A stretch of 63,774 nt of DNA, filler included, from Chthonomonadaceae bacterium (GCA_035650735.1; 5 parts of 5 records of this genome joined end to end with filler, not necessarily neighbours in it), one strand, 5' to 3'. Shown: positions 28,848-39,957, counted from the first letter of the whole stretch. Translations and numbers: made by a program. The notes: a model not told the origin generated them from the sequence alone.

Positions 28848-31118
28848 ATGCGCGATTGGCCGGTTCTTTCCCGTTACGACGCGGCGCACCTGCGCGAGAT
28901 CGCCCTGCCCCTCGGCGGCATCGGCACCGGGTTCTTCGCGCTGGGCGGACGCGGGCAACTGACTGACTGGCAACTGATGAGCCGTCCGCACCGGGGATGG
29001 CGCCCGCTGTACTCGCATCTGCTGGTGCGTACCCGGCAGACTTCCGGGCGCAAGGAGGAGGTCAAGCTGCGCGTCCTGGAGGGCGATCTGAAGGAGGGAC
29101 TGGCCGCCGACTCCGGCGCTCCCTTCGTGCTGGCCGGCTTTCCCCGCTTCAAAGACGCGGCTTTTGAGGCGGCGTACCCCTTTGGCCGTGTGCGGCTCTC
29201 CGACCGGAACACACCGGTCTCCATCGCCATCGAAGCCTTCAACCCGCTTATTCCCCGCGATACTGACGCCTCCAGCCTGCCGATGGCGCTGCTGACCGTC
29301 ACGCTCGCCAACCGAACCGCCGCGCCCCTGGAAGCCTCACTCACGCTGCTGCTGACCAACTTCATCGGCACGGACGGCCTCGCCCGCGACCTCAAGGACA
29401 ACATCACCGAGCGCGCGGAGATAGAGGGCTGGAAAGGGATGCGCTTCGCCAAGACCCGCGAGGCCCGCACCGCGCAGAACGGCACGATGGCGATCCTGTG
29501 CGATGCCGCCGACATACGCGTGGCGCGGCGCTGGCGGTTCCGCGACCGCCCCTGGAGCGGCGAGGCGCTGGGCATTATGGACGAACTGCTCGGCGCCGGC
29601 TATATTCAGGACGACGCGCCGGAGGCGCCCTGCCCACCCAGCCCGGACGATACCTGGGATAGTTCCCTCTCCGCCATGCTCACCCTTCCGCCGCGCGAGG
29701 CGCAGTCCGTGCGGCTGCTCCTGACCTGGCACTTCCCTTACCGGAACATGGCCGAGGATGGCTGGTGGTCGGGCGGGCCGGAAACCGATCCGCTCCTGGG
29801 CAACTACTACGCCACCAAGTTCACCGATGCCCTGGACGTGGCTCGGCAGGTGATTCCGCGCCTGCCGGAACTGCGCGAGCGCACGATGGATTTTGTTCAG
29901 AGCGTGGCGGATCGGGACGCGCCACACGCCTTAAAAGAGGCTGCGCTGTTCAACCTGGCCTCCCTGCGCAGCCATACCTGTTTCCGCCTGGCCGACGGCA
30001 CGTTTGCCGCCTTCGAGGGCTGCAACGCCACGACCGGCTGTTGCATTGGGTCATGCACTCATGTGTGGAACTACGAAGAGGCGACGCGAAACCTGTTCCC
30101 CGACCTGCACCGGAGCATGCTGGAAAGCCACCTGCGGTATGCGTTGGCGCCGAGCGGGGCCGAGCGCTTCCGCCTCTCCCTGCCGGTGATCAATCAAACC
30201 TGGGGCGCCGCGGCGGCGGATGGGCAGATGGGCCTGATCGTCCGCTGCTACGCGCAATACCTTGCCGATAAGGACAAAGACGGCCTGGAATGGCTGCAAA
30301 AGTGGTACCCGGCCATCCGGCGCATGGTAGAGTTTGCCTGGCTTCCGGGCGGCTGGGATGCGGACAAGGACGGCGTGATGGAGGGCGCGCAGCACAACAC
30401 CTACGATGTCGAGTTCTTCGGCCCCAATCCGCTGTGTACGGTTTGGTACCTGGCGGCGTTGGCAGCCGTCGCAAAAATGGCCCGCCTGGTCGGGGACGAG
30501 GTGTTTGCCCGTACCTGCGACGACCTGCGCGCCAGAGGCCGCGAGTGGGTAGACCGCAACCTATACAACGGGCGCTACTACTTCCAGCAGGAGATGCCGC
30601 CCCCGGCCCAGCCCGCCCCCATGACCGCCCTGACCGGCGAAGCCGCCAACCCGCGCCCGCGCTTCCAGGTCGGCAAAGGCTGCCTGATTGATCAACTCTG
30701 CGGGCAGTACAAGGCCAACCGCGTTGGGCTGGGCGACCTGCTGGATCGCTTCCATATCCAGACGGCCCTGGCCTCTATCTTCCAGTATAACTATCGCGCC
30801 AACTTCCGAGACCATTACAACAACATGCGCACCTTCGCTACGGCGGATGAGAGCGGAACCCTGATCTGCGCCTACCCGGAGGGGGAGCGCCCGGAGGAGC
30901 CGTTCCCCTATTGGGCCGAGTGCATGACCGGCTTTGAGTACCAGTTAGCCGTGCTGCTGCTGGACTATGGGCTAAAGAAGGAAGCCGTGCAGGTGGTGGA
31001 GGCCGTGCGAGGCCGCCACAACGGCGCGAACCGCAACCCGTTCAACGAGCCGGAGTGCGGCAGCTACTATGCGCGAGCGATGGCTTCCTGGGCGCTGCTG
31101 GATGCCTGGCGAAGCTGA
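28848..31118 (+). CDS. GH116-family (non-lysosomal glucosylceramidase-like) glycoside hydrolase
   Basis: LPLGGIGTG, AFEG, GSCTHVWNY, ADGQMG, QHNTYD, DQLCGQ, NPFNEPECGSYYARAMASW. Confidence 0.88.
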   Translation: MRDWPVLSRYDAAHLREIALPLGGIGTGFFALGGRGQLTDWQLMSRPHRGWRPLYSHLLVRTRQTSGRKEEVKLRVLEGDLKEGLAADSGAPFVLAGFPRFKDAAFEAAYPFGRVRLSDRNTPVSIAIEAFNPLIPRDTDASSLPMALLTVTLANRTAAPLEASLTLLLTNFIGTDGLARDLKDNITERAEIEGWKGMRFAKTREARTAQNGTMAILCDAADIRVARRWRFRDRPWSGEALGIMDELLGAGYIQDDAPEAPCPPSPDDTWDSSLSAMLTLPPREAQSVRLLLTWHFPYRNMAEDGWWSGGPETDPLLGNYYATKFTDALDVARQVIPRLPELRERTMDFVQSVADRDAPHALKEAALFNLASLRSHTCFRLADGTFAAFEGCNATTGCCIGSCTHVWNYEEATRNLFPDLHRSMLESHLRYALAPSGAERFRLSLPVINQTWGAAAADGQMGLIVRCYAQYLADKDKDGLEWLQKWYPAIRRMVEFAWLPGGWDADKDGVMEGAQHNTYDVEFFGPNPLCTVWYLAALAAVAKMARLVGDEVFARTCDDLRARGREWVDRNLYNGRYYFQQEMPPPAQPAPMTALTGEAANPRPRFQVGKGCLIDQLCGQYKANRVGLGDLLDRFHIQTALASIFQYNYRANFRDHYNNMRTFATADESGTLICAYPEGERPEEPFPYWAECMTGFEYQLAVLLLDYGLKKEAVQVVEAVRGRHNGANRNPFNEPECGSYYARAMASWALLDAWRS

Positions 31119-31283
31119 GCTACGTCCCTGCTTCCCTGCTTCAAGAAGGCGTCCCAAAGGAACTTTTCTCTCGGTCTGCCTATCCCTTCGCCCCGCTGCA
31201 GATCGCTTGTGATGTATGCTGCCTGGCTGAAACCTTGACGCAGGACTCTTTTTCCGCTACAATCCGCACAAAGGAGGACTGCG

Positions 31284-32012
31284 ATGTCAAACAGACAAAT
31301 AACGGGCTCCATCGCGTTCGCTGGTCTTGTCCTGCTGCTTGGGTGTGGCGGGAGCGGAGGGCAGGCGCGCGCCCAGACGCCGCCCAAAGCCGACTCTGGC
31401 GTGTTCCTACTCAACATTCGAGGCCAGATTACGGGCACGGATACGTTTACCATCACGGCGGACGGCGGATCACGGGCAACGCTCGTGCTCTCCATCAACG
31501 GGCGGAAAGTCTCGGCGACCAACACCATCAAGGCCGTTCGCGGCCGTATGACTGAGGTGGTGACGGAGGCGCAGCCGGGCGGGAAGTTCACGCTGACGTT
31601 GCAGGGCGGCAAGGGGAAATTTCAGGTGGCAGGCAATCCCGCGCTCAATCGAGAAATATCGGTTCCTCTGCGCCTGTTCCCGACCGGCAACTTTATGCCG
31701 CATCTGCTGGCCTATGCGCTCGCCAACTACGATGCCCGCAAAGGCGGCGCGCAGACGTTCGATTTCTTGCTGGTAGACAATGGTGGGCAGACGCACGGCG
31801 CGCTGACGCGAGGCCGCTCACAGCCGCTGACCATCAAGGGCAAACCGGTCACCATCACTCACTACGCCCTGAATATCCAGGGCTCGCAGGGCCCTGTGTC
31901 AGCAGACTTGATTACCGACAGCCAGCGCCGCCTGCTCTACTTCCATGTGCCGAGCCAGGACTATAGATCGGCGCGTGACGGCTACCAGGAACTCGCGGCA
32001 GCGTCGAAATAG
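31284..32012 (+). CDS. Hypothetical lipoprotein
   Basis: LLLGC lipobox; AAGGAGGA RBS; beta-rich sequence. Confidence 0.7.
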   Translation: MSNRQITGSIAFAGLVLLLGCGGSGGQARAQTPPKADSGVFLLNIRGQITGTDTFTITADGGSRATLVLSINGRKVSATNTIKAVRGRMTEVVTEAQPGGKFTLTLQGGKGKFQVAGNPALNREISVPLRLFPTGNFMPHLLAYALANYDARKGGAQTFDFLLVDNGGQTHGALTRGRSQPLTIKGKPVTITHYALNIQGSQGPVSADLITDSQRRLLYFHVPSQDYRSARDGYQELAAASK

Positions 32013-32111
32013 CTCGGTGCGGCGATCCGCGAAATCTCACGCGGCCCGCGCACCTCTCCGCTAAATCGTGCCTCCTGCAAGTTCCCTGCCCTTTCATGGC
32101 GGCACCTATTC

Positions 32112-32170
32112 CCGCCCACGTAGGTGGGCGGCTGGCTGTAAGCCCCCCAGCAGCAGGGTTTAGCCTGCCG
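32112..32170. repeat. REP-like modules
   Basis: cgcccacgtaggtgggcg and cagcagggtttagcctgccg. Confidence 0.7.
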
Positions 32171-32210
32171 CCAAAAGCACGCAGACTTACCGGAGACACC
32201 ATTAAACATA

Positions 32211-32292
32211 GGTAGACACTCCCAGCCGTGTGGATCAATCTCACGCAGCCTGCTGCTGAGGAGATACGTCCACACCGTTGGGAGCGATTACC
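32211..32292. mobile_element. MITE family B, copy 2
   Basis: 82 bp, reverse complement of 11422-11503; TSD taaacata. Confidence 0.92.
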
Positions 32293-32385
32293 TAAACATA
32301 GCTGCGAGGTTGAAATGAGGAATACATCGGCTCTATGGTGAATATGAAGGCAGCCTGAATGGAGAGATAATGAGGAGAGAGGAAA

Positions 32386-33213
32386 ATGCTCACTGACGCG
32401 CAGATAGCAGAATTCAAAGAGCGTGGATTCTTAGTGGCGGGCCGGGCGATGTCCGATGAACAGGCCGATGCCATGCGCTCGCGGTTGATGGAGGTAATGG
32501 AAGGCCACGGGAAGGCCGAGCCGGAACGGATCAGCAGTTGGGGCGGCGAGCGCAAGGTCATTCAGATCGTCAACATCTGGGAGGCCGATGACCTGTTCTA
32601 TGAGCACCTGTTCAATCCGACGATTCTAGAGATGGTCGCACAGATTATCGGCACGGATACCCTGCGGGTCTGGCACGACCAGGTGCAGTACAAGCCGCCC
32701 CGAACCGGCGGGGCAACCGACTGGCATCAAGACCATCCTTACTGGCCCATCATCCAGCCAGCGGACCTCGTGAGCGCATGGGTCGCGCTCGATGACGCCG
32801 ATGTGGAGAACGGCTGCATGTGGATGGTTCCCGGCAGCCACAAGTGGGGGCCGCACAAGGGCGGCACCATCGGAACGAACCCGGACGGTTTCTCGCCCAT
32901 GCCCGACCTGAGCCAGCTGCCGGAAGGGATTGACATTACCCCGGTGCCCATGCCGGTGAAGAAGGGCCATGTCGCAATCCACCACTGCTTGACCTGGCAC
33001 GGTTCCCCCCCAAATAACAGTGATCGTGGCCGGCCCGCTATCGCCGTACACTATATGCCCGGTTACACGCGCTACGAGAAAGACCCTGGCAAGACCCATT
33101 TAGTCGAACACAACGTCGAAGTGAAGCCGGGGGAGATTCTCAAGGGCAAACATTTCCCCACCGTCTGGGAGAACGGGCGCGTCGCTGACCACCCGCCGTT
33201 CTCAGAAAGATAA
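32386..33213 (+). CDS. PhyH-family Fe(II)/2-oxoglutarate dioxygenase
   Basis: WHQD, SAWVALDD...NGCM..VPGSH, TWHGS...R. Confidence 0.92.
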   Translation: MLTDAQIAEFKERGFLVAGRAMSDEQADAMRSRLMEVMEGHGKAEPERISSWGGERKVIQIVNIWEADDLFYEHLFNPTILEMVAQIIGTDTLRVWHDQVQYKPPRTGGATDWHQDHPYWPIIQPADLVSAWVALDDADVENGCMWMVPGSHKWGPHKGGTIGTNPDGFSPMPDLSQLPEGIDITPVPMPVKKGHVAIHHCLTWHGSPPNNSDRGRPAIAVHYMPGYTRYEKDPGKTHLVEHNVEVKPGEILKGKHFPTVWENGRVADHPPFSER

Positions 33214-33372
33214 GACGGTTCTTCATTGCTCACTTCGACCGCGCTTGAGCCGGGTACGTTCTGTGCCCGGCTCAATGACTTTCGACTGTCTCGGATAGGG
33301 CCTGCGATGACACCAGTAGCAAAACGATATGCAAATATTCGATAAGATAATTGGAAAACAAGGACACAGCTA

Positions 33373-33401
33373 TTGACAAAGATTAAAGGCTCCCTTATAA
33401 T
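33373..33401 (+). promoter_or_regulatory. Consensus sigma-70 promoter
   Basis: TTGACA-N17-TATAAT upstream of the prepilin gene. Confidence 0.8.
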
Positions 33402-33614
33402 AGTTGCGTTTCCTTCTTATCGTCCTCTATTGCGAAAATGCGTAACGTGCGCCTGAGGTTGACACACGAATGGATGGTAGCTCCCGAAGGGCGCACGCAC
33501 TGGTTTTCTATCGCCATCATCGCCAGACAGGAGGTGAGTTCCGCGCTTTTCATAGGTTTTCATTGCGGCCGTTGTGGTTGGTATGCCCCAGAGGCATAGA
33601 GGAGATCCGAGATC

Positions 33615-33710
33615 ATGAGACGAAACGCATTCACCTTAATCGAATTGCTCGTCGTCATCGCTATCATCGCCATCCTTGCAGCGATTTTGTTCCCCGTATT
33701 TGCACTTTAG
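33615..33710 (+). pseudogene. Prepilin-type N-terminal methylation domain protein truncated by an IS
   Basis: MRRNAFTLIELLVVIAIIAILAAILFPVFA then an abrupt L-stop where the IS begins; GAGGAG RBS. Confidence 0.85.
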
Positions 33711-33915
33711 TTTCCGGTAAAAAGTGGTAGACGCCCGTCTGATTAGGACATCGGGCGTGTTCTCAGGTAGAGTGAAGTTTCCACACCAAACTCTCTTGAG
33801 GACGCACCCGATGTCAGAAATAGTCTACCGCATGGCCGCGCTCTTGCGGCGTCTGTTGCTCTGGGTTCCGATAGGAACCAACCTGGGACTTCTATACCTA
33901 CTCTTGGCCTTGGTG
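33705..33915 (+). mobile_element. IS left end and transposase N-terminus (family uncertain; cut by contig end)
   Basis: ORF from 33811 MSEIVYRMAALLRRLLLWVPIGTNLGLLYLLLAL; start codon sequestered by hairpin catcgggcgtgttctca...tgaggacgcacccgatg; interrupts the prepilin gene. Confidence 0.65.
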
Positions 33916-34015
33916 NNNNNNNNNNNNNNNNNNNNNNNNNNNNNNNNNNNNNNNNNNNNTTAATTAATTAANNNNNNNNNNNNNNNNNNNNNNNNNNNNN
34001 NNNNNNNNNNNNNNN

Positions 34016-35702
34016 CATTCCTCTGGCTCTGGAACTGGCCGCTGCCCGCGTGCGCGCCCTGCCGGTGGAACAGATTGAGGCCCGCTTGCAGGATCGGTTC
34101 CGGCTGCTGACCGGAGGCAGCCGCACGGCCTTGCCGCGCCAGCAGACTCTGCGGGCATTGATTGATTGGAGTTACGATCTGCTGTCCGAATCGGAAAAGA
34201 AGCTACTGCACCGGCTGTCGGTGTTTGTGGGTGGGTGGGCGTTGGAAGCTGCCGAGAAGGTAGGGGCGGGCGGGGAGATCGTGGACTGGGAAGCGCTCGA
34301 TCTGTTGACGAGCCTGGTGGACAAGTCGCTGGTTTTTTACGAACAGCACAAGGGGCCGGGACGGTATCGCCTCCTGGAGACCGTGCGGCAGTATAGCCAG
34401 GAACGGCTGGCAGCCAGCGCGGAAACCGAAACGGTACGTCAGAAACATAGCGCCTTCTTCCTGAACCTGGCAGAGGAAGCTCAGAGGCAATTGCGCGGGC
34501 CAGAACAGGCGCGGTGGCTGGAAATGCTGGAGACAGAACACGATAATCTGCGGGCGGCGCTGCGCTGGTATCTGGAAACCCAACAGGAAGAAGCGGGGTT
34601 GCGGTTGGCTGTGGCATTAGGCTGGTTCTGGTATGTCGCTGGGAGTTATTGGAGCGAAGGACGCAAGTGGCTCTCGGAAGCCTTAGAGAAAGGCCAGACG
34701 GCGCCGCCGTCTCTGCAAGCTAAAGCGCTTCTTGAGGCCGCCCGGTTGGCGCGACACCAGTACGACCTAGCAGGCGCTTCGCGATTGTACGAGCAAAGCC
34801 TCTCTCTCTGGAGAGAGATAGGTGACCAAACGGGCATCTCCCACGCGCTGAACGGTCTGGCAGCAGTGGCTATGGAGCAAATGGATTATGCCTCCGCCTC
34901 CACGCTTCTGGAACAGAGCCTGGAGTTAGACCGACAGCTAGGAGACCGGCGGGGCATGGCTGTCTGTCTTGCCAATCTGGGTCTGGTAGCCAAAGGCCAG
35001 GAAGATTATGCCAGAGCACGGGCGCTCTTTGAAGAGAGCCTGGTTCTCAAGCGGCAACTGGGCGAGGAGACGAGCATCGCCGATACCCTGTACAATCTGG
35101 GAGATACCCTCTGTTGTCAGGGCGAGTATACCCTGGCGCGTTCTGTCCTGGAGGAGAGCCTGGCCATCTACCAGCGCCTGGGCAATCGGTGGGGCATTGC
35201 GCTGGCCTTCAACAGCCTGGCGACAATCGCTTTGTCTGTGGGAGAGGAGGCCACGGCACAGCAACTCTACACAGAGAGCCTGGCGCTGTTTGAGGCGCTA
35301 GAGAACCCGGAAGGCATGGGAGAGGTGCTGTGTAACATAGCGCGGCTGGCCTGTCGTCGCGGCGACTATGAAAAAAGCCGGCGGCGGCTTGCGCGAGCGC
35401 TGGACCAATATCGGTTCATAGGCAACAAAGTCGGCCTGATTGGTTGTCTGGAGGCATGGGGCACTGTTGCCGCAGGACAGCAGCAGGCAGATCGGGCGGC
35501 AAGGTTGTTGGGGGCTGCCGAGAGACAGCGCGAGGACATAGGAGTGGGCCTCCCTCTCTCTGCTCGCGAGGAGTATGCGCGCAACCAGGCCATCGTAAGA
35601 GAGGCTTTGGGTGAGGCAGCGTTTGCGGCGGCCTGGGAAGAGGGGCGGGCCATGACGTTGGAGCAGGCCATCGCGTATGCGCTGGAGGAGGAAAAGCACT
35701 AA
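34016..35702 (+). CDS. STAND-type ATPase/TPR protein (5' part missing in gap)
   Basis: PLALELAAAR, PRQQTLRALIDWSYDLL, RYRLLETVRQY, EHDNLRAAL, multiple TPRs, AWEEGRAMTLEQAIAYAL. Confidence 0.9.
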
Positions 35703-35736
35703 GCCCCAATTGCGCGCCATCGCAGCCGCACGAAAC

Positions 35737-35774
35737 AAGGCTCCCAACCTGCTTTTGAGATTGGGAGCCTTGTA
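35737..35774. terminator. Bidirectional terminator
   Basis: acaaggctcccaa...ttgggagccttgt between the convergent TPR gene and tRNA. Confidence 0.7.
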
Positions 35775-35785
35775 TATCTGTGAAA

Positions 35786-35857
35786 CTGCGGGGGAAGGAT
35801 TCGAACCCTCGACCTACTGATCCAGAGTCAGCCGTGCTACCGCTGCACTACCCCGCA
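35786..35857 (-). tRNA. tRNA-Gln(CTG)
   Basis: Reverse complement tgcggggtagtgcagcggtagcacggctgact-CTG-gatcagtaggtcgagggttcgaatccttcccccgcag. Confidence 0.95.
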
Positions 35858-35953
35858 TCAATTTTCAGAGGAGAATCCAGGACAGGCCACCCATGCGGTT
35901 TTGTCCTGGTGGAAAGGCTTATCTGACAACCTTCTATCTCATTCGGACAATTT

Positions 35954-35982
35954 ATGATAGCACAAATTTCCAGGATCGTCAA
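35954..35982 (-). promoter_or_regulatory. Sigma-70 promoter of tRNA-Gln
   Basis: Minus strand TTGACG-N17-TATCAT with extended TG. Confidence 0.7.
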
Positions 35983-36042
35983 GGCGCTTGACACTCCCTC
36001 TTCTCGTCTCCGAGCCGGGCACGTGCTGTGCCCGGTATAGGG

Positions 36043-36933
36043 CTACTCCTCTTCCTGACCGAGGGCCGCGGGCGGAGTGGCACGTCCCACGACGGTAATC
36101 AGGGCGACCAGCGTCATCAGGTAGGGCAGCATGTCCAGCAGAAAGGGACTCGACCAGTCTACCCCAAGCCAGCGGGCCTGGATGCCGCTGATCTGAAGCT
36201 GGGTCTGCAAGGCGAAGAAGAAGCCGAAGAAGAGCGCTCCCCCCGCCGCGCCCAACGGGTTCCACTTGCCGAAGATGACGGCGGCCAGGGCGATATAGCC
36301 CTTGTTGGCCGACATATCGCGGGAGAAGTTGTGCGCCTCGCCCATCGAAAGATAGGCTCCGCCCAGCGCCGCCAGCACGCCGGAGAGCATCACCGCCAGA
36401 TAGCGGATCGGGCCGGGTGAAATACCGGCCATGCGCGCGCTCTCTGGGTTCTCGCCTACAGCCCGCAGGCGCAGGCCAAAGCGCGTGCGGTGCAAAATCC
36501 AGAGGGTGACCAGAGGCAGAAGAAGGGCCAGGAAGAGAAAGAAGTTGGCGGGCAGGCCCTCGATATGCTCCCCTTTGGGAAACAGGATCTGGTTGAGATA
36601 GCGCGTGCCGCCCGCCGCCAGCAGGTTAATGCCTAAGCCGCTGACGACGTGGTTCATGTGCAGTTGCTGAGTCAGAAAGGCGTGCAGCAGGCCCAGCAGC
36701 GCGCCCACGCCCAGCGCCGCCAGTAAGCCCAGCACGCCGGAGGACTGCCCGGCCCAGACGCCCACGAACGCGCCCGCCAGCATCAGCCCTTCCAGGGCGA
36801 TATTGACCACGCCGGAGCGCTCGGAGAACACGCCGCCCATTGCCGCCAGCACCAGGGGCGTGGCGAAATAGAGCGTGGCCCAGAGCAGCGCCACCAGCCA
36901 GGAGGTGTCCGCGCCGCTAGATCCGGTCGGCAT
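36043..36933 (-). CDS. CUT2/nucleoside ABC transporter permease
   Basis: SERSGVVNIALEG, GLRLRAVGENP, GYIALAAVIFGKWNP. Confidence 0.92.
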   Translation of the reverse strand: MPTGSSGADTSWLVALLWATLYFATPLVLAAMGGVFSERSGVVNIALEGLMLAGAFVGVWAGQSSGVLGLLAALGVGALLGLLHAFLTQQLHMNHVVSGLGINLLAAGGTRYLNQILFPKGEHIEGLPANFFLFLALLLPLVTLWILHRTRFGLRLRAVGENPESARMAGISPGPIRYLAVMLSGVLAALGGAYLSMGEAHNFSRDMSANKGYIALAAVIFGKWNPLGAAGGALFFGFFFALQTQLQISGIQARWLGVDWSSPFLLDMLPYLMTLVALITVVGRATPPAALGQEEE

Positions 36934-38107
36934 CCTCCTCCCTCCTCTCGTCGGTATCCAGGACCGCCGCCACCAGCGGCGGCAGGGCGCGCTTGCGCAG
37001 GTAGCGCACGCCGATGACCAGGATGACCACCGCCTGCACGATCACCGTGATCGCGTCGGGCACGTCGGTGCTGCGCTGCATGCCGCTGGCCCCACTGGCC
37101 AGCAGGCCAAAAAAGAGGCCGCTTGCGACCGTGCCGCTGCCGGTCAGGCCGCCGAGCAGGGCGACCGCGATGCCGTCGAAGCCGTAGGTCGCCGCCACGC
37201 CCGGCACATAGCGGTGATGCACGCCCATCACCTCCACCGCGCCCGCCAGCCCCGCCAGCGCGCCCGCCAGCCCCATCGTCACGACCAGCGTGCGCACCGC
37301 GGGAATGCCCGTCGCCTCCGCCGCCGCCTGTCCCAGCCCCACCGCGCGGATCTCATAGCCCAGGGCAGTACGCTGCAGCAAAAACGCCACCAGGGCCGCC
37401 GCCGTCACCGCCAGCAGCAGCCCCACCGTCAGGTTGCTGCCCGGCACGGCGGGCGTCAGCCAGGCCGAGGCAGCCATCAGGCCCGTCTGGGGCGCCATGC
37501 TGTGGGAGTTGGGGTCCTTCAGGCCGTGCGTGACCAGATAGCTTGCGATGTCGGCGGCGATATAGTTGAGCAGGATGGTGGAGAGAACTTCATGGACGCC
37601 GCGCCGAGCCTTCAGCCAGCCGGGGATAGCGCCCCAGACGGCCCCCGCCGCCGCGCCCGTCAGCAGCGTCAGCGGCACGTGCAGCCAGGGCGGCCACCCG
37701 CCCGTTACGTCACCCCCCGCCTCTGATCCCTTGCCCAGCATCCCCACGACCGCCGCCGCCAGTGCCCCCACGATCAACTGCCCCTGCGCGCCGATATTGA
37801 ACAGGCCCCCGCGCAGTGCCAGCGCCACCGAGAGCCCGGCCCAGATGAGCGGCGTGGCGCGGGCCAGGGATTGGGCGAGCACAAACTTATCCAGATGCGC
37901 CTTCCAGGCGCCGATCCCTATGGGAATCTGGTTGGGACCGCGCGACGGTCCCGGCGCTATCCCCGTCGCGCCCGACCACAGCGCGCTCAAGGCCGCCCCG
38001 ACATCATAGCCGGACGCTTTCATCAGGAGGGCGGCCAGCAGCAACCCGGCCAGCACGCTGAACAGCGCGCGCCAGAACCCGCCGCTCTCCAGCATGCGCG
38101 CCCTCAT
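36917..38107 (-). CDS. CUT2/nucleoside ABC transporter permease
   Basis: GLFNIGAQGQ, EVLSTILLNYIA, GYEIRAVG, GFDGIAVALLG; ATGA overlap with the ATPase gene. Confidence 0.92.
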   Translation of the reverse strand: MRARMLESGGFWRALFSVLAGLLLAALLMKASGYDVGAALSALWSGATGIAPGPSRGPNQIPIGIGAWKAHLDKFVLAQSLARATPLIWAGLSVALALRGGLFNIGAQGQLIVGALAAAVVGMLGKGSEAGGDVTGGWPPWLHVPLTLLTGAAAGAVWGAIPGWLKARRGVHEVLSTILLNYIAADIASYLVTHGLKDPNSHSMAPQTGLMAASAWLTPAVPGSNLTVGLLLAVTAAALVAFLLQRTALGYEIRAVGLGQAAAEATGIPAVRTLVVTMGLAGALAGLAGAVEVMGVHHRYVPGVAATYGFDGIAVALLGGLTGSGTVASGLFFGLLASGASGMQRSTDVPDAITVIVQAVVILVIGVRYLRKRALPPLVAAVLDTDERREEDADRI

Positions 38108-39825
38108 GGCAGCGCTCCGGGGCCGGCCCCGGGAGGCATCTCCCCCTGGTTTCCCTTTCCCTTCTCCCCTGTCTGCTGCCATGTCGCTCCGGTCATCAGG
38201 GCGCCGATCTGCTCCGGCGTCGCCTGGGCGCGCGGCACCACACCGACCACCTTCCCGTTGAACATCACGGCGATGCGGTCGGCTAGTTGAAATATTTCAT
38301 CAAGGTCTAAGGAGAACAAGAGCACGCCCAGCCCACGCGCGCGGGCCTGGCGCAGCGTCTCATAGACGAACTGAGAGGCCGCTACGTCTAGGCCGCGTGT
38401 CGGCTGGGAGGCCACCAGCAGACGCAGGCTGCTGGCCAGCGCCCGCGCGATGATGATCTTCTGCTGGTTTCCGCCCGAGAGCATACCGGCGGGCGTCTCC
38501 ACACCGGTGAACCCGATGCGCACATCGTAACGCTCCACCATCTGGACGGCGCGGGCCAGCATTCGCTGCGGGTCCAAAAGCCAGCCGCCGCCCCAGCTTT
38601 TCTTTGTCTCGTGGCCCAGCAGATAGTTTTCCGCCACGCTAAAATCCAGCACCAGCCCGTCGCGCTGCCGGTCCTCGGGAATATAGGCCACGCCGAACTC
38701 CTGCCGCTGGCGCACGCTCATGCGGGTAAGCTCGATGCCGGCCAGGAAGACCCGGCCCGCCTCCAGGCGGCGCAGCCCAACGATGGCTTCGGCCAGCTCC
38801 CGCTGCCCGCTGCCGTCCACGCCCGCCACGCCCACGATCTCGCCCATGCCGACCTCCAGGCTAGCGTTGCGCACGGCGATGGCGCGGCGCGCGTTGCGCA
38901 CGGTCACGCCCTCCACCTGCAGGAGCGGGCTGCCGGAGGGCGGGCGCGGCACGAACACCGGCGTGGGCGTGGGGCTATCGGTGGGACCGGTGGGTGCCTG
39001 CGGCGCCGCGACCACCAGCTCCCCCGTCAGAGTGCGGTCAATATCCAGCGGCACGTGGCCGCGCGTCCCGATCATGCGCCGCAGCAGGTCGCGCTCATTG
39101 GTTTCCCGGGTATTAAAATCGCCGACGTTGCGGCCCGCGCGCAGCACGCTTACCCGGTCGCTGTGGGCCATGACCTCGCGCAGCTTATGGGTGACGAAGA
39201 CGACCGTAGTGCCGCCCGCGACCAGCCGGTGCAGCAGGGCAAAGAGGGACTCGGCCTCCTGAGGGGCCAGCGTGGCGGTCGGCTCATCGAGGAGGAGAAT
39301 CTGCGCGCCCCGGTAAAGCGCCTTAAGGATCTCGACCTTCTGCCCGGCAGCCACAGAAAGGGTGTCAGCGCGGGCTTTAAGATCCAGGTCGCCGAGTCCC
39401 AGCTGCTCACTCAGGGCGGCGATGCGCTCGGCGGCGGGACCCAGGCGCAGCGCGCCTCCAGGAAAGGTCGGCTCGGCGCCAAGAACAATGTTTTCCAGCA
39501 CCGAGAGCGCCGGGATCAGCGCGTAGTGCTGGCTGACCAGGCCGATGCCGCGCCGGATGGCGTCGGCGGGGCTTTCCAGCGCCTCCGTAATCTCCTCGTC
39601 GCGTACAAAGATCCGACCGGCGTCGGGTCGGTAGCGGCCGTAGAGAATGTTGAGCAGGGTGGACTTGCCCGCGCCGTTTTCGCCGATGAGGGCATGGAAC
39701 GTGCCGGCCATCACGCGCAGGTGGACGCCCCGGTTCGCCACGACTCCGGGGAACCGCTTGGTGATATTCTCCAGGCGGACGATGGCGTTGTCTATGGGTG
39801 ATGTCAGCTCGGCCAGATCGGACAT
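38104..39825 (-). CDS. CUT2/nucleoside ABC transporter double ATPase
   Basis: GENGAGKST, LLDEPT, VTHKL, IPEDR, LSGGNQQK. Confidence 0.95.
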   Translation of the reverse strand: MSDLAELTSPIDNAIVRLENITKRFPGVVANRGVHLRVMAGTFHALIGENGAGKSTLLNILYGRYRPDAGRIFVRDEEITEALESPADAIRRGIGLVSQHYALIPALSVLENIVLGAEPTFPGGALRLGPAAERIAALSEQLGLGDLDLKARADTLSVAAGQKVEILKALYRGAQILLLDEPTATLAPQEAESLFALLHRLVAGGTTVVFVTHKLREVMAHSDRVSVLRAGRNVGDFNTRETNERDLLRRMIGTRGHVPLDIDRTLTGELVVAAPQAPTGPTDSPTPTPVFVPRPPSGSPLLQVEGVTVRNARRAIAVRNASLEVGMGEIVGVAGVDGSGQRELAEAIVGLRRLEAGRVFLAGIELTRMSVRQRQEFGVAYIPEDRQRDGLVLDFSVAENYLLGHETKKSWGGGWLLDPQRMLARAVQMVERYDVRIGFTGVETPAGMLSGGNQQKIIIARALASSLRLLVASQPTRGLDVAASQFVYETLRQARARGLGVLLFSLDLDEIFQLADRIAVMFNGKVVGVVPRAQATPEQIGALMTGATWQQTGEKGKGNQGEMPPGAGPGALP

Positions 39826-39957
39826 GGCGGCTCTATAGGCGCGTTGCGACCGCAGCGGAAACTTTTGGCGCGCGTGCGGGAAAGATGATAGTCTGAGGGG
39901 GAAGGCGGATTAGCAAACAACACAGCCACAACGCGCCTGCCGCCGACCTCCTATCTC

